Assembly: GCF_014698145.1 (NCBI RefSeq) | Contig: NZ_JACJSM010000001.1 | Span: 216,633 to 280,632, forward strand | Source of the DNA: Oscillatoria sp. FACHB-1406 | GTDB taxonomy: Bacteria > Cyanobacteriota > Cyanobacteriia > Cyanobacteriales > Spirulinaceae | Reading direction: 5' to 3' | Length of the DNA stretch: 64,000 nt | Part shown: positions 1 through 9,648 of the stretch, piece after piece | Position numbering within the stretch: position 1 is the first letter of the stretch | Layout of the letters: each line of letters opens with the position of its first letter | Program-made: the position numbers and the translations under genes | The notes under the pieces: model-generated | The model's input: the letters and a program-made list of their open reading frames with translations, nothing else | The model's database searches: none | What the model was told of the DNA's origin: nothing

Positions 1-854
1 GCGATCTGCTGAGCGGGTCGCGAACTTCTAGCGCCGCGATCGCGTACAATTTTCTCGAATTCCTGCAACGCTCGCTGGTAGCTTTTTTCTGCCACCACAA
101 TCAAATCGTCGTGTCCCGCCCCTTCTACCCATAAAAAGCGTTTGGGTTCTGGGGCGGCATTGAAAAGCTGCTCTCCGTAGGAAAATGGAATGACGCGATC
201 GCCCTTTCCATGTATGACTAAAACCGGACAGCGAACCCTTTTTATCTTCTCGAGATTGCGAAACTTATCGAAAGGAAATATCGGAAAGGGAACCACGACT
301 CGAAATGCTTGAGTAAACGCACTTTCGACAATTAACCCCGCCACGGGTTGACGCGCCGCCAAATCCACCGCCGAACCGCCGCCAACCGAACGCCCGTAAG
401 CAATAATCTTTTGCGGTGGAACGCGCAAAGCTCGAACCAGGTATGAATAAGCAGCATCGACATCCTCGTAAGCGTTACGCTCGCTTGGGTGTCCTTCACT
501 GGTTCCGTAACCGCGATAATCGTAAGCAAAAATGTTAAATCCTGCATCGCGAATCGTTTCGAGCGCGAATTCAACATCGCCTAAATCTTCCGCATTGCCG
601 TGAGCGTAGAGAATAGTGTAACTTGCTTTCGGATTTGACAGGTAGCGCGCCGAAATTTTCTCTCCGCTTGGAACAGCCAGTTTGAGAATTGTATGATCGT
701 CGGTATAACTCGAAGGTTGAGGAAGAAAGATTTTACGGTCGGCAGTAAAAAAGACGTATAAGGCAACGCAAACATAGACAAAAATCAGCGATCGCGCCAA
801 TCGCCACCAACTCCACTCCCCCACCAACAAACGTTTTAATTTCGCCTTATCCAT
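1..854 (-). CDS. alpha/beta-fold serine hydrolase; 3' end runs off the window edge
   Basis: Own translation from ATG at 852-854 (minus) gives MDKAKLKRLLVGEWSWW... with an HG motif (LYAHGNAED), the nucleophile elbow AYGRSVGGG (minus codons around 395-378, in frame with 854), and a C-terminal GAGHDD. No stop occurs before position 1, so the ORF track does not list it. Track ORFs 332..577 and 581..781 are in other frames. Confidence 0.7.
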   Translation of the reverse strand, partial: MDKAKLKRLLVGEWSWWRLARSLIFVYVCVALYVFFTADRKIFLPQPSSYTDDHTILKLAVPSGEKISARYLSNPKASYTILYAHGNAEDLGDVEFALETIRDAGFNIFAYDYRGYGTSEGHPSERNAYEDVDAAYSYLVRALRVPPQKIIAYGRSVGGGSAVDLAARQPVAGLIVESAFTQAFRVVVPFPIFPFDKFRNLEKIKRVRCPVLVIHGKGDRVIPFSYGEQLFNAAPEPKRFLWVEGAGHDDLIVVAEKSYQRALQEFEKIVRDRGARSSRPAQQI

Positions 855-1045
855 CTAGCTCTAACTTATCCCAACCTTAGTCGGGTTACTCTGGGATTGA
901 AAAATTTTAATATACGAGAGCGTAAGTTCGCTTACCATTCAAAACTGCTGAAATCGGAATCTGACAGCAATTTTTAATTTTTAATTGTTAATTCCGCGAA
1001 GCGTTACATAGGACTTGTTGGAGAATCTCGTTAAAATAGAAAGCT

Positions 1046-2839
1046 ATGAAACTGCGCAACCTTTCATTTTCCGCTTTCCGCTACAGTCCCCGCGCCATTG
1101 GGTTAGTTTGGCAAACCAGCCGCTTCCTCACGGTGCTACTCGCCCTCTTCACCATCCTCGAAGGAATCTTACCCGCCGCCATCGCCTACACCGGCAAACT
1201 CATTGTCGATGCTGTCGTCGCTGCCAGTCAAGGCGGAGATGCAAGCCCCGCCCTGCGCTACGTCACCTTTGAAGCTATCTTCGTTATTCTCCAAGCTGCC
1301 GCCCAGCGCAGTTCCTCCGTCGTCCAGTTCATCCTGCGCGCCCTCCTCGGACACAAAGTTAACGTCCTCATTCTCGAGAAAGCCCTCACTCTCAACCTCG
1401 CCCACTTTGAAGACTCCGAATTTTACGACAAACTCACCCGCGCCCGCAACGAAGCCTCCTTTCGTCCCCTCACTTTCATCTTGCGTATCTCTAGCCTTGC
1501 TGAAAATGTCTTAGCCCTCATCTCCTACAGCGGACTACTGCTGCAATTCTCCGTTTTAGCCGTCCTCGTTCTCGTTGCGGCTGCCATACCTCCCTTTCTT
1601 GCCGAAACTCGCTTCGCAGGGAAAGCCTTCCGCCTCTTTCAATGGCGTTCCCCCGACACTCGCGAACAGAACTATCTCGAAGTCGTACTCGCGCGAGAAG
1701 ATTACGCAAAAGAAGTCCAACTTTATCAATTAGGGCCGTTATTTCTCTCCCGTTACCGTGGCATCTTTCAACGCCTTTTTAGTGAAGATCGCAGCCTCTT
1801 TCTGCGTCGGGGATTTTGGGGTTTTATTCTCGGATTGTTGGGAACGGGGATTTTTTATCTAGCTTACCTTTGGATTGTATTAGAAACCATGAAAGGTAAG
1901 ATTTCTCTGGGCGATATGACCATGTACTTAATGGTATTTCGACAAGGACAATCGACGCTATCTCGTTTGCTTAACAGTGTCAGCGGACTCTATGAAGATA
2001 ATCTTTATCTTTCCAATTTATTCGAGTTTCTCGACCAAAAAATTCCGAAGGCGCTAGGAATAGTAAAACAAGGCTCAATCCCTAATGATGGTATTCGCTT
2101 TGAAAACGTATCTTTTACTTATCCGGGAAGCGAATCGACTGCCTTAAATAATCTTTCATTCCACCTCAAGCCGGGTGAAAAACTCGCTATCGTCGGCAAA
2201 AATGGTTCGGGAAAAACTACTCTTATTAAACTTCTCGGTCGTCTTTACGAACCGACTCAGGGGCGAATATTACTCGATGGCTTAGACGTACAAGACTGGG
2301 ATTTACAAGTGTTGCACCAGCGTATTAGCGTCATCTTCCAAGACTTTGCCCGCTATCAATTTCCCGTCGGCGAAAATATTGGCGTTGGCGATGTCCAGCA
2401 CCTCGAAAATACCGAGCGTTGGGATAGTGCAGCTACGAAAGGAATGGCAAAACCTTTTATTGAAACGATGCCGCAAGGCTTTCAAACGCAACTCGGACGC
2501 TGGTTTAAGTCGGGGGTGGAACTTTCCGGCGGACAGTGGCAAAAAATCGCACTCTCGCGTGCTTTTATGCGGGAAAGCGCCGATATTTTAGTGCTGGACG
2601 AACCGACAGCGGCGATGGATGCGGAGGCAGAAGCGGAAATGTTCTCGCGGTTGTTGGAATTGGCGAACCGACAAATGGTATTTTTGATTTCTCACCGCTT
2701 TTCGACAGTACGCATGGCTGATTGGATTATCGTGTTAGAAAATGGGGAAATTCTCGAACAAGGAACCCACGAAAGTTTATTAGAACAACGGGGACGCTAT
2801 CAGCATTTATTTTCCTTGCAGGCAGCGGGATACCAGTAA
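1046..2839 (+). CDS. ABC transporter, fused permease/ATP-binding exporter (MsbA/HepA-like)
   Basis: 597 aa. N-terminal half is hydrophobic with multiple TM helices. Walker A GKNGSGKTT, ABC signature LSGGQWQK, Walker B ILVLDEPT. Confidence 0.85.
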   Translation: MKLRNLSFSAFRYSPRAIGLVWQTSRFLTVLLALFTILEGILPAAIAYTGKLIVDAVVAASQGGDASPALRYVTFEAIFVILQAAAQRSSSVVQFILRALLGHKVNVLILEKALTLNLAHFEDSEFYDKLTRARNEASFRPLTFILRISSLAENVLALISYSGLLLQFSVLAVLVLVAAAIPPFLAETRFAGKAFRLFQWRSPDTREQNYLEVVLAREDYAKEVQLYQLGPLFLSRYRGIFQRLFSEDRSLFLRRGFWGFILGLLGTGIFYLAYLWIVLETMKGKISLGDMTMYLMVFRQGQSTLSRLLNSVSGLYEDNLYLSNLFEFLDQKIPKALGIVKQGSIPNDGIRFENVSFTYPGSESTALNNLSFHLKPGEKLAIVGKNGSGKTTLIKLLGRLYEPTQGRILLDGLDVQDWDLQVLHQRISVIFQDFARYQFPVGENIGVGDVQHLENTERWDSAATKGMAKPFIETMPQGFQTQLGRWFKSGVELSGGQWQKIALSRAFMRESADILVLDEPTAAMDAEAEAEMFSRLLELANRQMVFLISHRFSTVRMADWIIVLENGEILEQGTHESLLEQRGRYQHLFSLQAAGYQ

Positions 2840-2907
2840 ATAATGAATAATGAATAATGGATAATGGATAATGGATAATGGATAATGGATAATGGATAAT
2901 GGATAAT
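2840..2907. repeat. heptanucleotide tandem array (ATAATGA x2 then ATAATGG x~8)
   Basis: Read directly: taatgaataatgaataatggataatggataatgg..., immediately after the ABC transporter stop codon. Confidence 0.9.
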
Positions 2908-2923
2908 TGTTATAGGAAATCCG

Positions 2924-2985
2924 GTAGGGTGGATAGCGCCCACCAGTCAAGACTTTCAGCCTTTAGAAACGTACATTCACGTTTT
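2924..2985. repeat. dispersed palindromic element, family B (GTAGGGTGG-N-CCCACC hairpin plus AAACGT-ACATTC-ACGTTT hairpin)
   Basis: A near-identical ~60 bp copy occurs at 63688-63750. A related copy with a ~120 bp insert occurs at 43588-43727. Confidence 0.7.
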
Positions 2986-3018
2986 GAGTATCGTTATAAT
3001 TAATAATTTTTTGAGGTT

Positions 3019-3435
3019 ATGGAAAGAGGTTTATTGTGGTTGCCCTTGCTAGTTCTTTTTTTCTGGTTGGCTTGGGCGGGATGGAATGAGTATCAAAAAC
3101 TGGAAGCTTACCGAGGATGGGCGGAAAGTTTCGATCGCGCTAAGTACGATATTTATGCAGTTTTGGGGCAAAAAGATGATACAATAACATGGGGAAAACC
3201 GACTCGCAAAGGCCCGATCGATCTTCAGAGTTTTTCCCTCAAGGATGTTGAATTGGTGCGGGTTTTAGTGGGAGAACGCGCGATCGATTGGGATGCGCCG
3301 CCTGCTAGAGGTTCTGCCGCGATCGAGTTCCAATTTGCTAACGCGAAACCGGCGGTACAAATTCCCTTCACCGAAATTCCCCTCGCCTTACAATGGGCTA
3401 AGTTTTTAGATAGCCAGTCTGCTACTCGCTCTTGA
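3019..3435 (+). CDS. hypothetical protein with N-terminal TM anchor
   Basis: 138-aa ORF with plausible codon usage and a hydrophobic N-terminus (LLWLPLLVLFFWLAWAGW). Confidence 0.55.
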   Translation: MERGLLWLPLLVLFFWLAWAGWNEYQKLEAYRGWAESFDRAKYDIYAVLGQKDDTITWGKPTRKGPIDLQSFSLKDVELVRVLVGERAIDWDAPPARGSAAIEFQFANAKPAVQIPFTEIPLALQWAKFLDSQSATRS

Positions 3436-3480
3436 GAAGAGCGCTCTCAGTTGGTAGAGTATTATAGCTATTCCAGCCCT

Positions 3481-4497
3481 CTAATTCCCATCGCTAACTC
3501 CCCACTCAAACCCCATTCCCTCAATTTTTTTCAATAGTTCTGGTAGCACGATTTCATTACTCTCTGCTAATAAATCGCTTTCTAAAATTTCACGCGCTCT
3601 CAAAAAAGATTGCGCTCCTATGTGATTTCCGGCATGAAAAACTAGCTTGTCGATTTGATTTAAATGGGCAGCAAGCAATTGAAGCAAAGTCATCAAAACG
3701 CGATTTCCGCCGTAAGCACCGCAGCCCCAGAATCCGGTATGAATAATGACTTGGGGCTTATTAGCCGCCTCGATTTGCGATTCGAGCCTTGCCGCCGCAA
3801 ACCCCGTAAATGCCGTTGAAAGAATGTATTCAATATCTTCTAATAAATATTGTCTGTATCCGCCAAAAGGTGCTTCCATTGCAATCAAATTGGTTCGCGT
3901 TGGCGGATTGAGTTGTGTTGTCGCGCGAGCGATGGCTTCTGGCGATGCTTTCGCAAACTGATTGCCGTACAATCCGTAAGGTCGCCCTGCTTTTTCGTTC
4001 GGTTCGGTAGCAACAGCGCAACGCCGTTCAACTCCTCGGATGAGGATAGGAGTGGGCTGCGCGCTTTCAACGGTAAGGGGTTCGATTGCGGCTGCCAATA
4101 ATGCTTCTCGTAGTGCGCCGAGGGCGGGATGTTCGGCAGCTTGCATCTCATCTTGGGCAAATAACGGCCCACTGTAAGCGCAAAATAGATTGGAGTGGGC
4201 AAAGTTGAGATACCATTCCACTGAGGCATTAGAGGGCGATTCGTAGGTGAAATGGTCTTCGCGAACTTCGAGTTCGGTTTGAATCGGTGTAGGAGCAACG
4301 GTTGGCGGTAAAGGCATCGTTTTCCAACGGGAAAAAACGATTTCACCGCTATGCGTCGCTTCCGGGGGAGAAGCGATGTCAAAAACGATCTTCTTGTTCG
4401 GGTTCTTAACTTTTGGAGGATGAGAATCCATCAAGTTTTGCGCTGCGAAAGTGTGCCGACAGATCGGAGCGTTAGCATCTTGATTCATAGTCTTCAA
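3481..4497 (-). CDS. PARG-like macrodomain protein (poly(ADP-ribose) glycohydrolase family-like), catalytic motif divergent
   Basis: 338 aa. HTGFWGCGAYGGNRVLMTLLQLLAA closely matches the canonical PARG diphosphate-binding loop (NWGCGAFGGD..L..LIQ.LAA). The upstream segment NFAHSNLFCAYSGPLFAQDEM aligns with the PARG GGG-X6-8-QEE catalytic signature but reads CAY...QDE. 31 bp downstream of the GT2 gene on the same strand. Confidence 0.5.
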   Translation of the reverse strand: MKTMNQDANAPICRHTFAAQNLMDSHPPKVKNPNKKIVFDIASPPEATHSGEIVFSRWKTMPLPPTVAPTPIQTELEVREDHFTYESPSNASVEWYLNFAHSNLFCAYSGPLFAQDEMQAAEHPALGALREALLAAAIEPLTVESAQPTPILIRGVERRCAVATEPNEKAGRPYGLYGNQFAKASPEAIARATTQLNPPTRTNLIAMEAPFGGYRQYLLEDIEYILSTAFTGFAAARLESQIEAANKPQVIIHTGFWGCGAYGGNRVLMTLLQLLAAHLNQIDKLVFHAGNHIGAQSFLRAREILESDLLAESNEIVLPELLKKIEGMGFEWGVSDGN

Positions 4498-4528
4498 CTT
4501 CCTACTGCTGTACTGATTTTATTATTGC

Positions 4529-5374
4529 TCAGCAATGACGAGCTTCCCCCTCCTTTTCCTGTTGCTGCAATTCCCAAACTTTCAACGTAATCAAGTATTC
4601 ATAGAAAAATTGCAGCGAACACCAATGAAAACCCGCCCTTCCATCCAAGATTCCCCCCAAAATAAAATACATATATAAGAAACGAACCACGGGGCGCAGG
4701 GGCAAGCGCAGGGATAAATCTTTGAGGGCGCGGCGGCGTTCGATTTCCGAGCGTCCTAAAAAGAGTTCCTTCCAACGGACATCCCCTGCTTGTAACTGAA
4801 ACAGTGTTTCTTTGGCTTCGTCGCTGGAGTAACGATTGTGTTTGTCAATCCAGCGACTAAAACCCTTGCCCGAGGTGTAGTGGGGGTAGGTTTCCTTTAA
4901 AAAACCTGTGGGACCATCGCAGACTTCGCGCTCGGTATGCCCGTAATCACTAAACCAAACTTTCCCTTTAAGAAACAGGCGCATTTGGTAGCGAGGATAC
5001 TGGGTGCAGTGACGAATCCAACGATTCATGAACATGACGCGCTCGGCAGCGTAGTAGCCGATAAACTCGTCGGATTGAGTCGCTCGATCGCATTCGGCGA
5101 ATAATTCCGGGGTCATGCGTTCGTCAGCTTCGAGGATGTAAGCCCAGTCGTATTTTGTCGGCACTTCCTCGAGCATCCAAGTCCGCTGGCGGCCGTGACT
5201 TTCAAAGACGTGCTGGATAACGCGAACGCTTTCGTAACTTTTGGCAATTTCAACGGTGCGATCGCGGCTGTAAGAATCTACAACAATAATATCGTCACAT
5301 AAGGAGATAACGGACTCGATACAGCCGGCTATCTCCACTTCTTCGTTATAAGTGAGGATGTAAACGGAGAACAT
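4529..5374 (-). CDS. family 2 glycosyltransferase
   Basis: 281 aa. N-terminus MFSVYILTYNEEVEIAGCIESV...IIVVDSYSRDRT is a typical GT2 (GT-A fold) start with a DxD-like motif. Confidence 0.8.
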   Translation of the reverse strand: MFSVYILTYNEEVEIAGCIESVISLCDDIIVVDSYSRDRTVEIAKSYESVRVIQHVFESHGRQRTWMLEEVPTKYDWAYILEADERMTPELFAECDRATQSDEFIGYYAAERVMFMNRWIRHCTQYPRYQMRLFLKGKVWFSDYGHTEREVCDGPTGFLKETYPHYTSGKGFSRWIDKHNRYSSDEAKETLFQLQAGDVRWKELFLGRSEIERRRALKDLSLRLPLRPVVRFLYMYFILGGILDGRAGFHWCSLQFFYEYLITLKVWELQQQEKEGEARHC

Positions 5375-5527
5375 TCAACAGCAAGGATGGTGTAAAGATT
5401 TCAGTCGAAGGAAGAAAACGGCATTGATTACACGGCAGCGATAGCGACTTTGCCTCCTTCGGTTGACAGGGAATGCGAGAGTTTGTTCTGGCGAACCGCA
5501 ATTCCCTTAAACTCGCCGACTTAAACT

Positions 5528-6319
5528 TTACTTCACCGCAGCGCGACGACGACCCGGACCCGATGAACCTAAGCCTTTGAAACCCATCCATCCGAGGGCG
5601 GAATAGCCAATCGCCAGCAGCAAGCTACTGATCCCGATGCGAATTCCACTTTTGACTGCATTCAGTTGGGCTTGGTCTTTCAATTCTTTTTTGCGATTGG
5701 CAATTTGTTGTTGGGCTTTTTCGATTTGCTCGTTGAGGGCTTTGGGATCTTGACGCAGGGTCAAAATTTGGTCGCGCGTCGCCTGCAATTGCTGAACTTG
5801 AGCGGGTTGTAATTTTTGACCTTGGACTTCACCGCTTTGAATGGCTTGGTCGAGTTCTTTGAGGCGGGCTTCATCTTTGACCAAGGTCGAAAGTTGTTGG
5901 CTTTGCTGCTGGATTTGACCTTCGGCGACGTTAGCTTGTTCGTCGATTTGTTTGATTTGATCGTTAATCGCGCGACTTAAGTTGCTGACGTGGAGGGGAA
6001 CCAAGAGCAGGAAGAGCAAGCCGAGAATTGTAGCGACAATGAATGCCCAAAACCGAAGATCGGTGACGGGGGAACGACCGCCATCGCCATCAATTGCATC
6101 GCCAATCCAATAACCGATACTCAAAAAGACGATTCCGACTAACGGGACGATACCGCGATCGACAATTTGGTTGGTGAACGCAATTTGCCACGCTTGGTCG
6201 AAGGGTTTAAAGGGAATGGCTAAGATAAGGTAGTCAATCAGGGATGACAAAATCAGAATCGCGCCGACGACTTTGAGCGCGAGAGCGGTGTATGCGGAAA
6301 GAACGGGGTTACTATTCAT
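5528..6319 (-). CDS. membrane protein with central Q-rich coiled coil
   Basis: 263 aa. Several N-terminal TM helices, a long coiled coil (QIDEQANVAEGQIQQQSQQL...) and a C-terminal TM helix. Co-directional with the GT2 and PARG-like genes. Confidence 0.55.
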   Translation of the reverse strand: MNSNPVLSAYTALALKVVGAILILSSLIDYLILAIPFKPFDQAWQIAFTNQIVDRGIVPLVGIVFLSIGYWIGDAIDGDGGRSPVTDLRFWAFIVATILGLLFLLLVPLHVSNLSRAINDQIKQIDEQANVAEGQIQQQSQQLSTLVKDEARLKELDQAIQSGEVQGQKLQPAQVQQLQATRDQILTLRQDPKALNEQIEKAQQQIANRKKELKDQAQLNAVKSGIRIGISSLLLAIGYSALGWMGFKGLGSSGPGRRRAAVK

Positions 6320-6697
6320 AGCCTCTTGGAATGCTTAGTCGATCTTTAAGAGTTTTTAACGTTATGCCAGAAATAATTTCCGGGTAAAATGCTAAACTCA
6401 TCAATCCTGACATAATCCAGACGCTAATGGCTAGCGCAATAGTAGAGGCTTCATAAATCGGCTCGAGAGTTGAGGCTAAAAATGCTTTCTGGCGTAAGCT
6501 GCTTGGTTCTATACTCTATACCCAGCTTGACTGCTAGCCTTTCAAGGGCAGTCATTGCTTTCTGTCGGTTCGCGTTTGCCCGATCGCGCTGGAAATATAA
6601 AATTTTTGTGAAGTTCTACGGGATTGCCGGGGGCTGTTAAGACGATGGAGTCAGAAGTCTTGAGGCAAGCCCCTTCTCTTTTTAAGATTCCCTCAAA

Positions 6698-7432
6698 ATG
6701 AACAGAGTTGTAGAAGTTGTAGAAGATAAGTCGGCGTTAATTGCGCGATCGCTGGCGTTAACGGTAGAAAAGATTATGGAAGCGACGCGCGATCGCGGGC
6801 AATGTACGATCGCGCTATCCGGCGGCAGTACGCCCAAACCCCTGTACGAAGCGATCGCGGCACAATCCCTTCCCTGGGATAAAATTCACGTTTTTTGGGG
6901 CGACGAACGCTACGTTCCCCCCACCGATCCCGATAGTAATGAAGGAATGGCGCGTGGCGCTTGGTTGGATCGCGTCGCCCTTCCGCCCGAAAATATCCAT
7001 CCGATGCCGACGGGCGCTAGCGATCCGGCTGCCGATGCTGAAACTCACGATGCACAATTGCGAGATTTTTTCAAGTCCTCGGCTGGAGAATTTCCGGAAT
7101 TCGACATTATTTTATTAGGGATGGGCGACGACGGGCATACGGCTTCTTTATTCCCGCACACCGAAGCACTGGACGTGCGCGATCGCCTCATCACTGTCGG
7201 CAACAAAGACGGTCAGCCGCGCCTGACCTTTACCGTTCCCCTGATTAACCGAGCGCGCTGCGTGATTTTTGTCGTGGCTGGAACTAGCAAGCAACCCGCC
7301 CTCGAGCAAATCTTTGCTGAAACCGCCGACGAACGGGCTTATCCTTCGCGCCAAATCCAACCGGCGGGCGAACTCTATTGGCTGCTCGATCGCGCTGCTG
7401 GGGAAGCGATCGAACAGAGAATCAACTTCTGA
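6698..7432 (+). CDS. pgl: 6-phosphogluconolactonase
   Basis: 244 aa. Motifs LSGGSTP, WGDERYVP and LGMGDDGHTASLFP are characteristic of Pgl/DevB. Confidence 0.85.
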   Translation: MNRVVEVVEDKSALIARSLALTVEKIMEATRDRGQCTIALSGGSTPKPLYEAIAAQSLPWDKIHVFWGDERYVPPTDPDSNEGMARGAWLDRVALPPENIHPMPTGASDPAADAETHDAQLRDFFKSSAGEFPEFDIILLGMGDDGHTASLFPHTEALDVRDRLITVGNKDGQPRLTFTVPLINRARCVIFVVAGTSKQPALEQIFAETADERAYPSRQIQPAGELYWLLDRAAGEAIEQRINF

Positions 7433-7559
7433 AGCACGGGAAACAAGGGCGAACTGAATGCGATGATAGGATTGACTGCAACTGCTCTATTCCCCTCCGG
7501 TTCACCTGCCCGCTGTTTTCTGATAACTGTTCACCGATAACCGATAACTGACAACTATT

Positions 7560-8324
7560 ATGATTGTTTGCCCGAATTGCAATCACCAAAATCCCGAAAG
7601 TGCAACTCAGTGCGAAGCTTGCTATACACCGCTGCCCGTCACTACGAACTGCCCGAACTGCGGCGCAACGATTCAAGAAGATGCAAGTTTCTGCGGTCAA
7701 TGCGGCTATAGCCTCAAACCGCCCACGGGACAGGCAACTATCGCCGTTAATCCGGACGAGAACGCTATTCCGGAACCCCTTCCGTCCACAGCAATCAATG
7801 CTCCTTCTCCGGCGGCCAGCGCGCCCGATCTCGAACCCATCCCCAGCGCGCCGCCCTCCGTTACGCCGCCCCCCATCCCCAGCACCCCGATGGCAGCAGA
7901 AGCAGAAGCAGAAAGCCAGATTCCTGAAGTTCCCCCCAGTGCGCCGCCTCCTGCACCGCCAGCCCCCGCCGGAAATTCTGCTACTCAGCTTCAACTCGAG
8001 CAAGCTAGCTTGTTCCACGTTCAAACTAACTCTAAAATCGAGCTTCCCAGCCAACTGTCCGTGATTCATATCGGCAAACCGGGCGGGGCGATCCCGGCTG
8101 ATATTGACGTTTCCGGTTTCCCAGATTCCAGCGTCGTTTCGCGCGTTCATGCCGATATTCGCGTTGAAGGCGGTATCTATTACCTCGAAGATGTGGGCAG
8201 TTCTAACGGCACGTATGTCAACCATACGCCCTTACCTCCCGGCAATCGCCACCGCTTGCGAGCAGGCGATCGCATCGCCCTTGGCAAAGAAGATAAAGTG
8301 ACGTTCATTTTCCAACTCTCCTAG
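7560..8324 (+). CDS. FHA-domain protein with N-terminal double zinc ribbon and Pro-rich linker
   Basis: CPNCNHQNP..CEAC and CPNCGA..CGQCGY Cys pairs, a Pro/Ala-rich low-complexity middle, and a C-terminal FHA signature (SRVHADIRVEGGIYYLEDVGSSNGTYVN...GDRIALG). Confidence 0.8.
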   Translation: MIVCPNCNHQNPESATQCEACYTPLPVTTNCPNCGATIQEDASFCGQCGYSLKPPTGQATIAVNPDENAIPEPLPSTAINAPSPAASAPDLEPIPSAPPSVTPPPIPSTPMAAEAEAESQIPEVPPSAPPPAPPAPAGNSATQLQLEQASLFHVQTNSKIELPSQLSVIHIGKPGGAIPADIDVSGFPDSSVVSRVHADIRVEGGIYYLEDVGSSNGTYVNHTPLPPGNRHRLRAGDRIALGKEDKVTFIFQLS

Positions 8325-8813
8325 CACCAACACCAAGAAACCCGGTTTTAACGAAGAAGTAGAGACCTATCACCGAAATCGGGTTTCTTGGGATTGTGAG
8401 TTGCTTAAAGAAGTGTGACATTTATCCCGAATCTTAACTGAATATTGTAGAAAAATTAGGGTTTGCGATTACAATAAGAGCTATACACCCTCAAGCAATT
8501 CGCGGCATGGATAATCTCTCCCCAACGCGAGTCGCAACTGATGACTGCCTATCGTATTTCAGTTGGATTGACAATAAAAAAAAGCTGGAACACTTTCGCT
8601 CTAAGGTAATGCGAACTCGCCTAAAGTGAATTGAAGTCTTAATGTTGCAGTTTGGAGAAATCTAGACTTGCTAAGGGTAAAGTAACAGGGCATTTAAGGG
8701 ACGTTTTGCCTCATTTTTCAGCAGCGTATGGCAAGAATAACAACGCCCTCGAACGAGGTCAATCGTTTCCTGAAAATGCGAACCTTACAATCGTAATAAT
8801 TGGAGCAGTGCAT

Positions 8814-9467
8814 ATGAAGCTTTTAATCCAGGGCAATAATATTGTCGTTACGGAAGCGATCGATAATTACGTGAAGGAGAAGCTGGAAAAAGCCGTTAAG
8901 CACTTTCAGAATTTGATTACAACAGTTGACGTTCATTTATCCGTTGCTAAAAATCATCGAGTTAGTAATAGTCACAAAGCCGAAGTAACCGTTCATGCGA
9001 ATGGCTCGACAATCCGAGCGCAGGAAGGGAGTGAAGATTTGTATGCAAGCATTGATTTAGTTGCCGATAAAATTGCGCGTCAACTCCGCAAATATAAGGA
9101 AAAAATGCTAGATCGCACCCACGTTCAACCGAAAACCGGTGAAATGGTGGCCGAATATCCGGTGGTTGAAAATTTAATTGGCGATCGCCACGTCGAACTG
9201 CCCGAGCGAGTCGTGCGCACGAAATACTTCGCGATGCCGCCTATGACAATTGAAGAAGCCCTGATACAACTCCAATTAATCGATCATGACTTCTATGTGT
9301 TCCGCAACAGTGAAACCGACGAAATTAACACGGTATACTGCCGCAATCACGGCGGATATGGCGTAATCATCCCGCGCGCGAACGGCAACGGCAATGGCAC
9401 TCGTAACGGCAAAACCGCTCAAGCGCGAACCGATGAAAAAGAACATCAATCCTCCCCTCAACGCTAA
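8814..9467 (+). CDS. hpf: ribosome hibernation promoting factor, long form (LrtA-type)
   Basis: [27 protein letters not shown]... is typical HPF/RaiA, with the C-terminal extension of long HPF. GGAG lies 8 nt upstream of ATG 8814. The track start at 8652 is a TTG giving an unlikely N-terminal extension. Confidence 0.85.
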   Translation: MKLLIQGNNIVVTEAIDNYVKEKLEKAVKHFQNLITTVDVHLSVAKNHRVSNSHKAEVTVHANGSTIRAQEGSEDLYASIDLVADKIARQLRKYKEKMLDRTHVQPKTGEMVAEYPVVENLIGDRHVELPERVVRTKYFAMPPMTIEEALIQLQLIDHDFYVFRNSETDEINTVYCRNHGGYGVIIPRANGNGNGTRNGKTAQARTDEKEHQSSPQR

Positions 9468-9503
9468 TCTCGTCTCGAGCGATTAAACGGAGCAATCTAC
9501 AAA

Positions 9504-9546
9504 AAATCCCCCACCTAACAAGCGCTATGGGAGGGGGATTTTTTGG
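9504..9546 (+). terminator. rho-independent terminator of hpf
   Basis: Stem ATCCCCC (9506-9512) pairs with GGGGGAT (9533-9539), followed by TTTTTT. Confidence 0.8.
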
Positions 9547-9549
9547 GCA

Positions 9550-9638
9550 TAATTCGTAATTCGTAATTCGTAATTCGTAGTTCGTAATTCGTAATTCGTA
9601 GTTCGTAATTCGTAATTCGTAATTCGTAATTCGTAATT
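9550..9638. repeat. heptanucleotide tandem array (CGTAATT/CGTAGTT, ~13 units)
   Basis: Read directly. Generates the spurious ORF 9367..9651 (LRITNYELRITNYE...). Confidence 0.9.
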
Positions 9639-9648
9639 TAGCACTTAG

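Noticed and set aside
332-781. Track ORFs 332..577(-) and 581..781(-)
   Set aside because: They are out of frame with the long uninterrupted frame from ATG 854, which gives a textbook alpha/beta hydrolase including GRSVGG. The track missed that ORF only because it has no stop inside the window.
3436-3480. tRNA-like D-arm (ctct-cagttggt-agag) between the hypothetical gene and the PARG-like gene
   Set aside because: No acceptor stem, anticodon arm or GTTCGAATC-type T-arm can be built around it. It is probably a chance match or a tRNA remnant.
7422-8225. 267-aa minus-strand ORF antisense to the FHA gene
   Set aside because: Cys/Arg/Gly-rich low-complexity translation of a GC-rich sense gene. 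The sense-strand FHA protein has clear motifs.
8652-8813. TTG start giving a 54-aa N-terminal extension to HPF
   Set aside because: HPF family proteins start at MK(L/I)...Q/K. ATG 8814 has a GGAG 8 nt upstream. The extension has no homology-like features.
9550-9638. Heptamer arrays as possible CRISPR
   Set aside because: The unit is 7 bp with no unique spacers. There is no leader and no cas genes.
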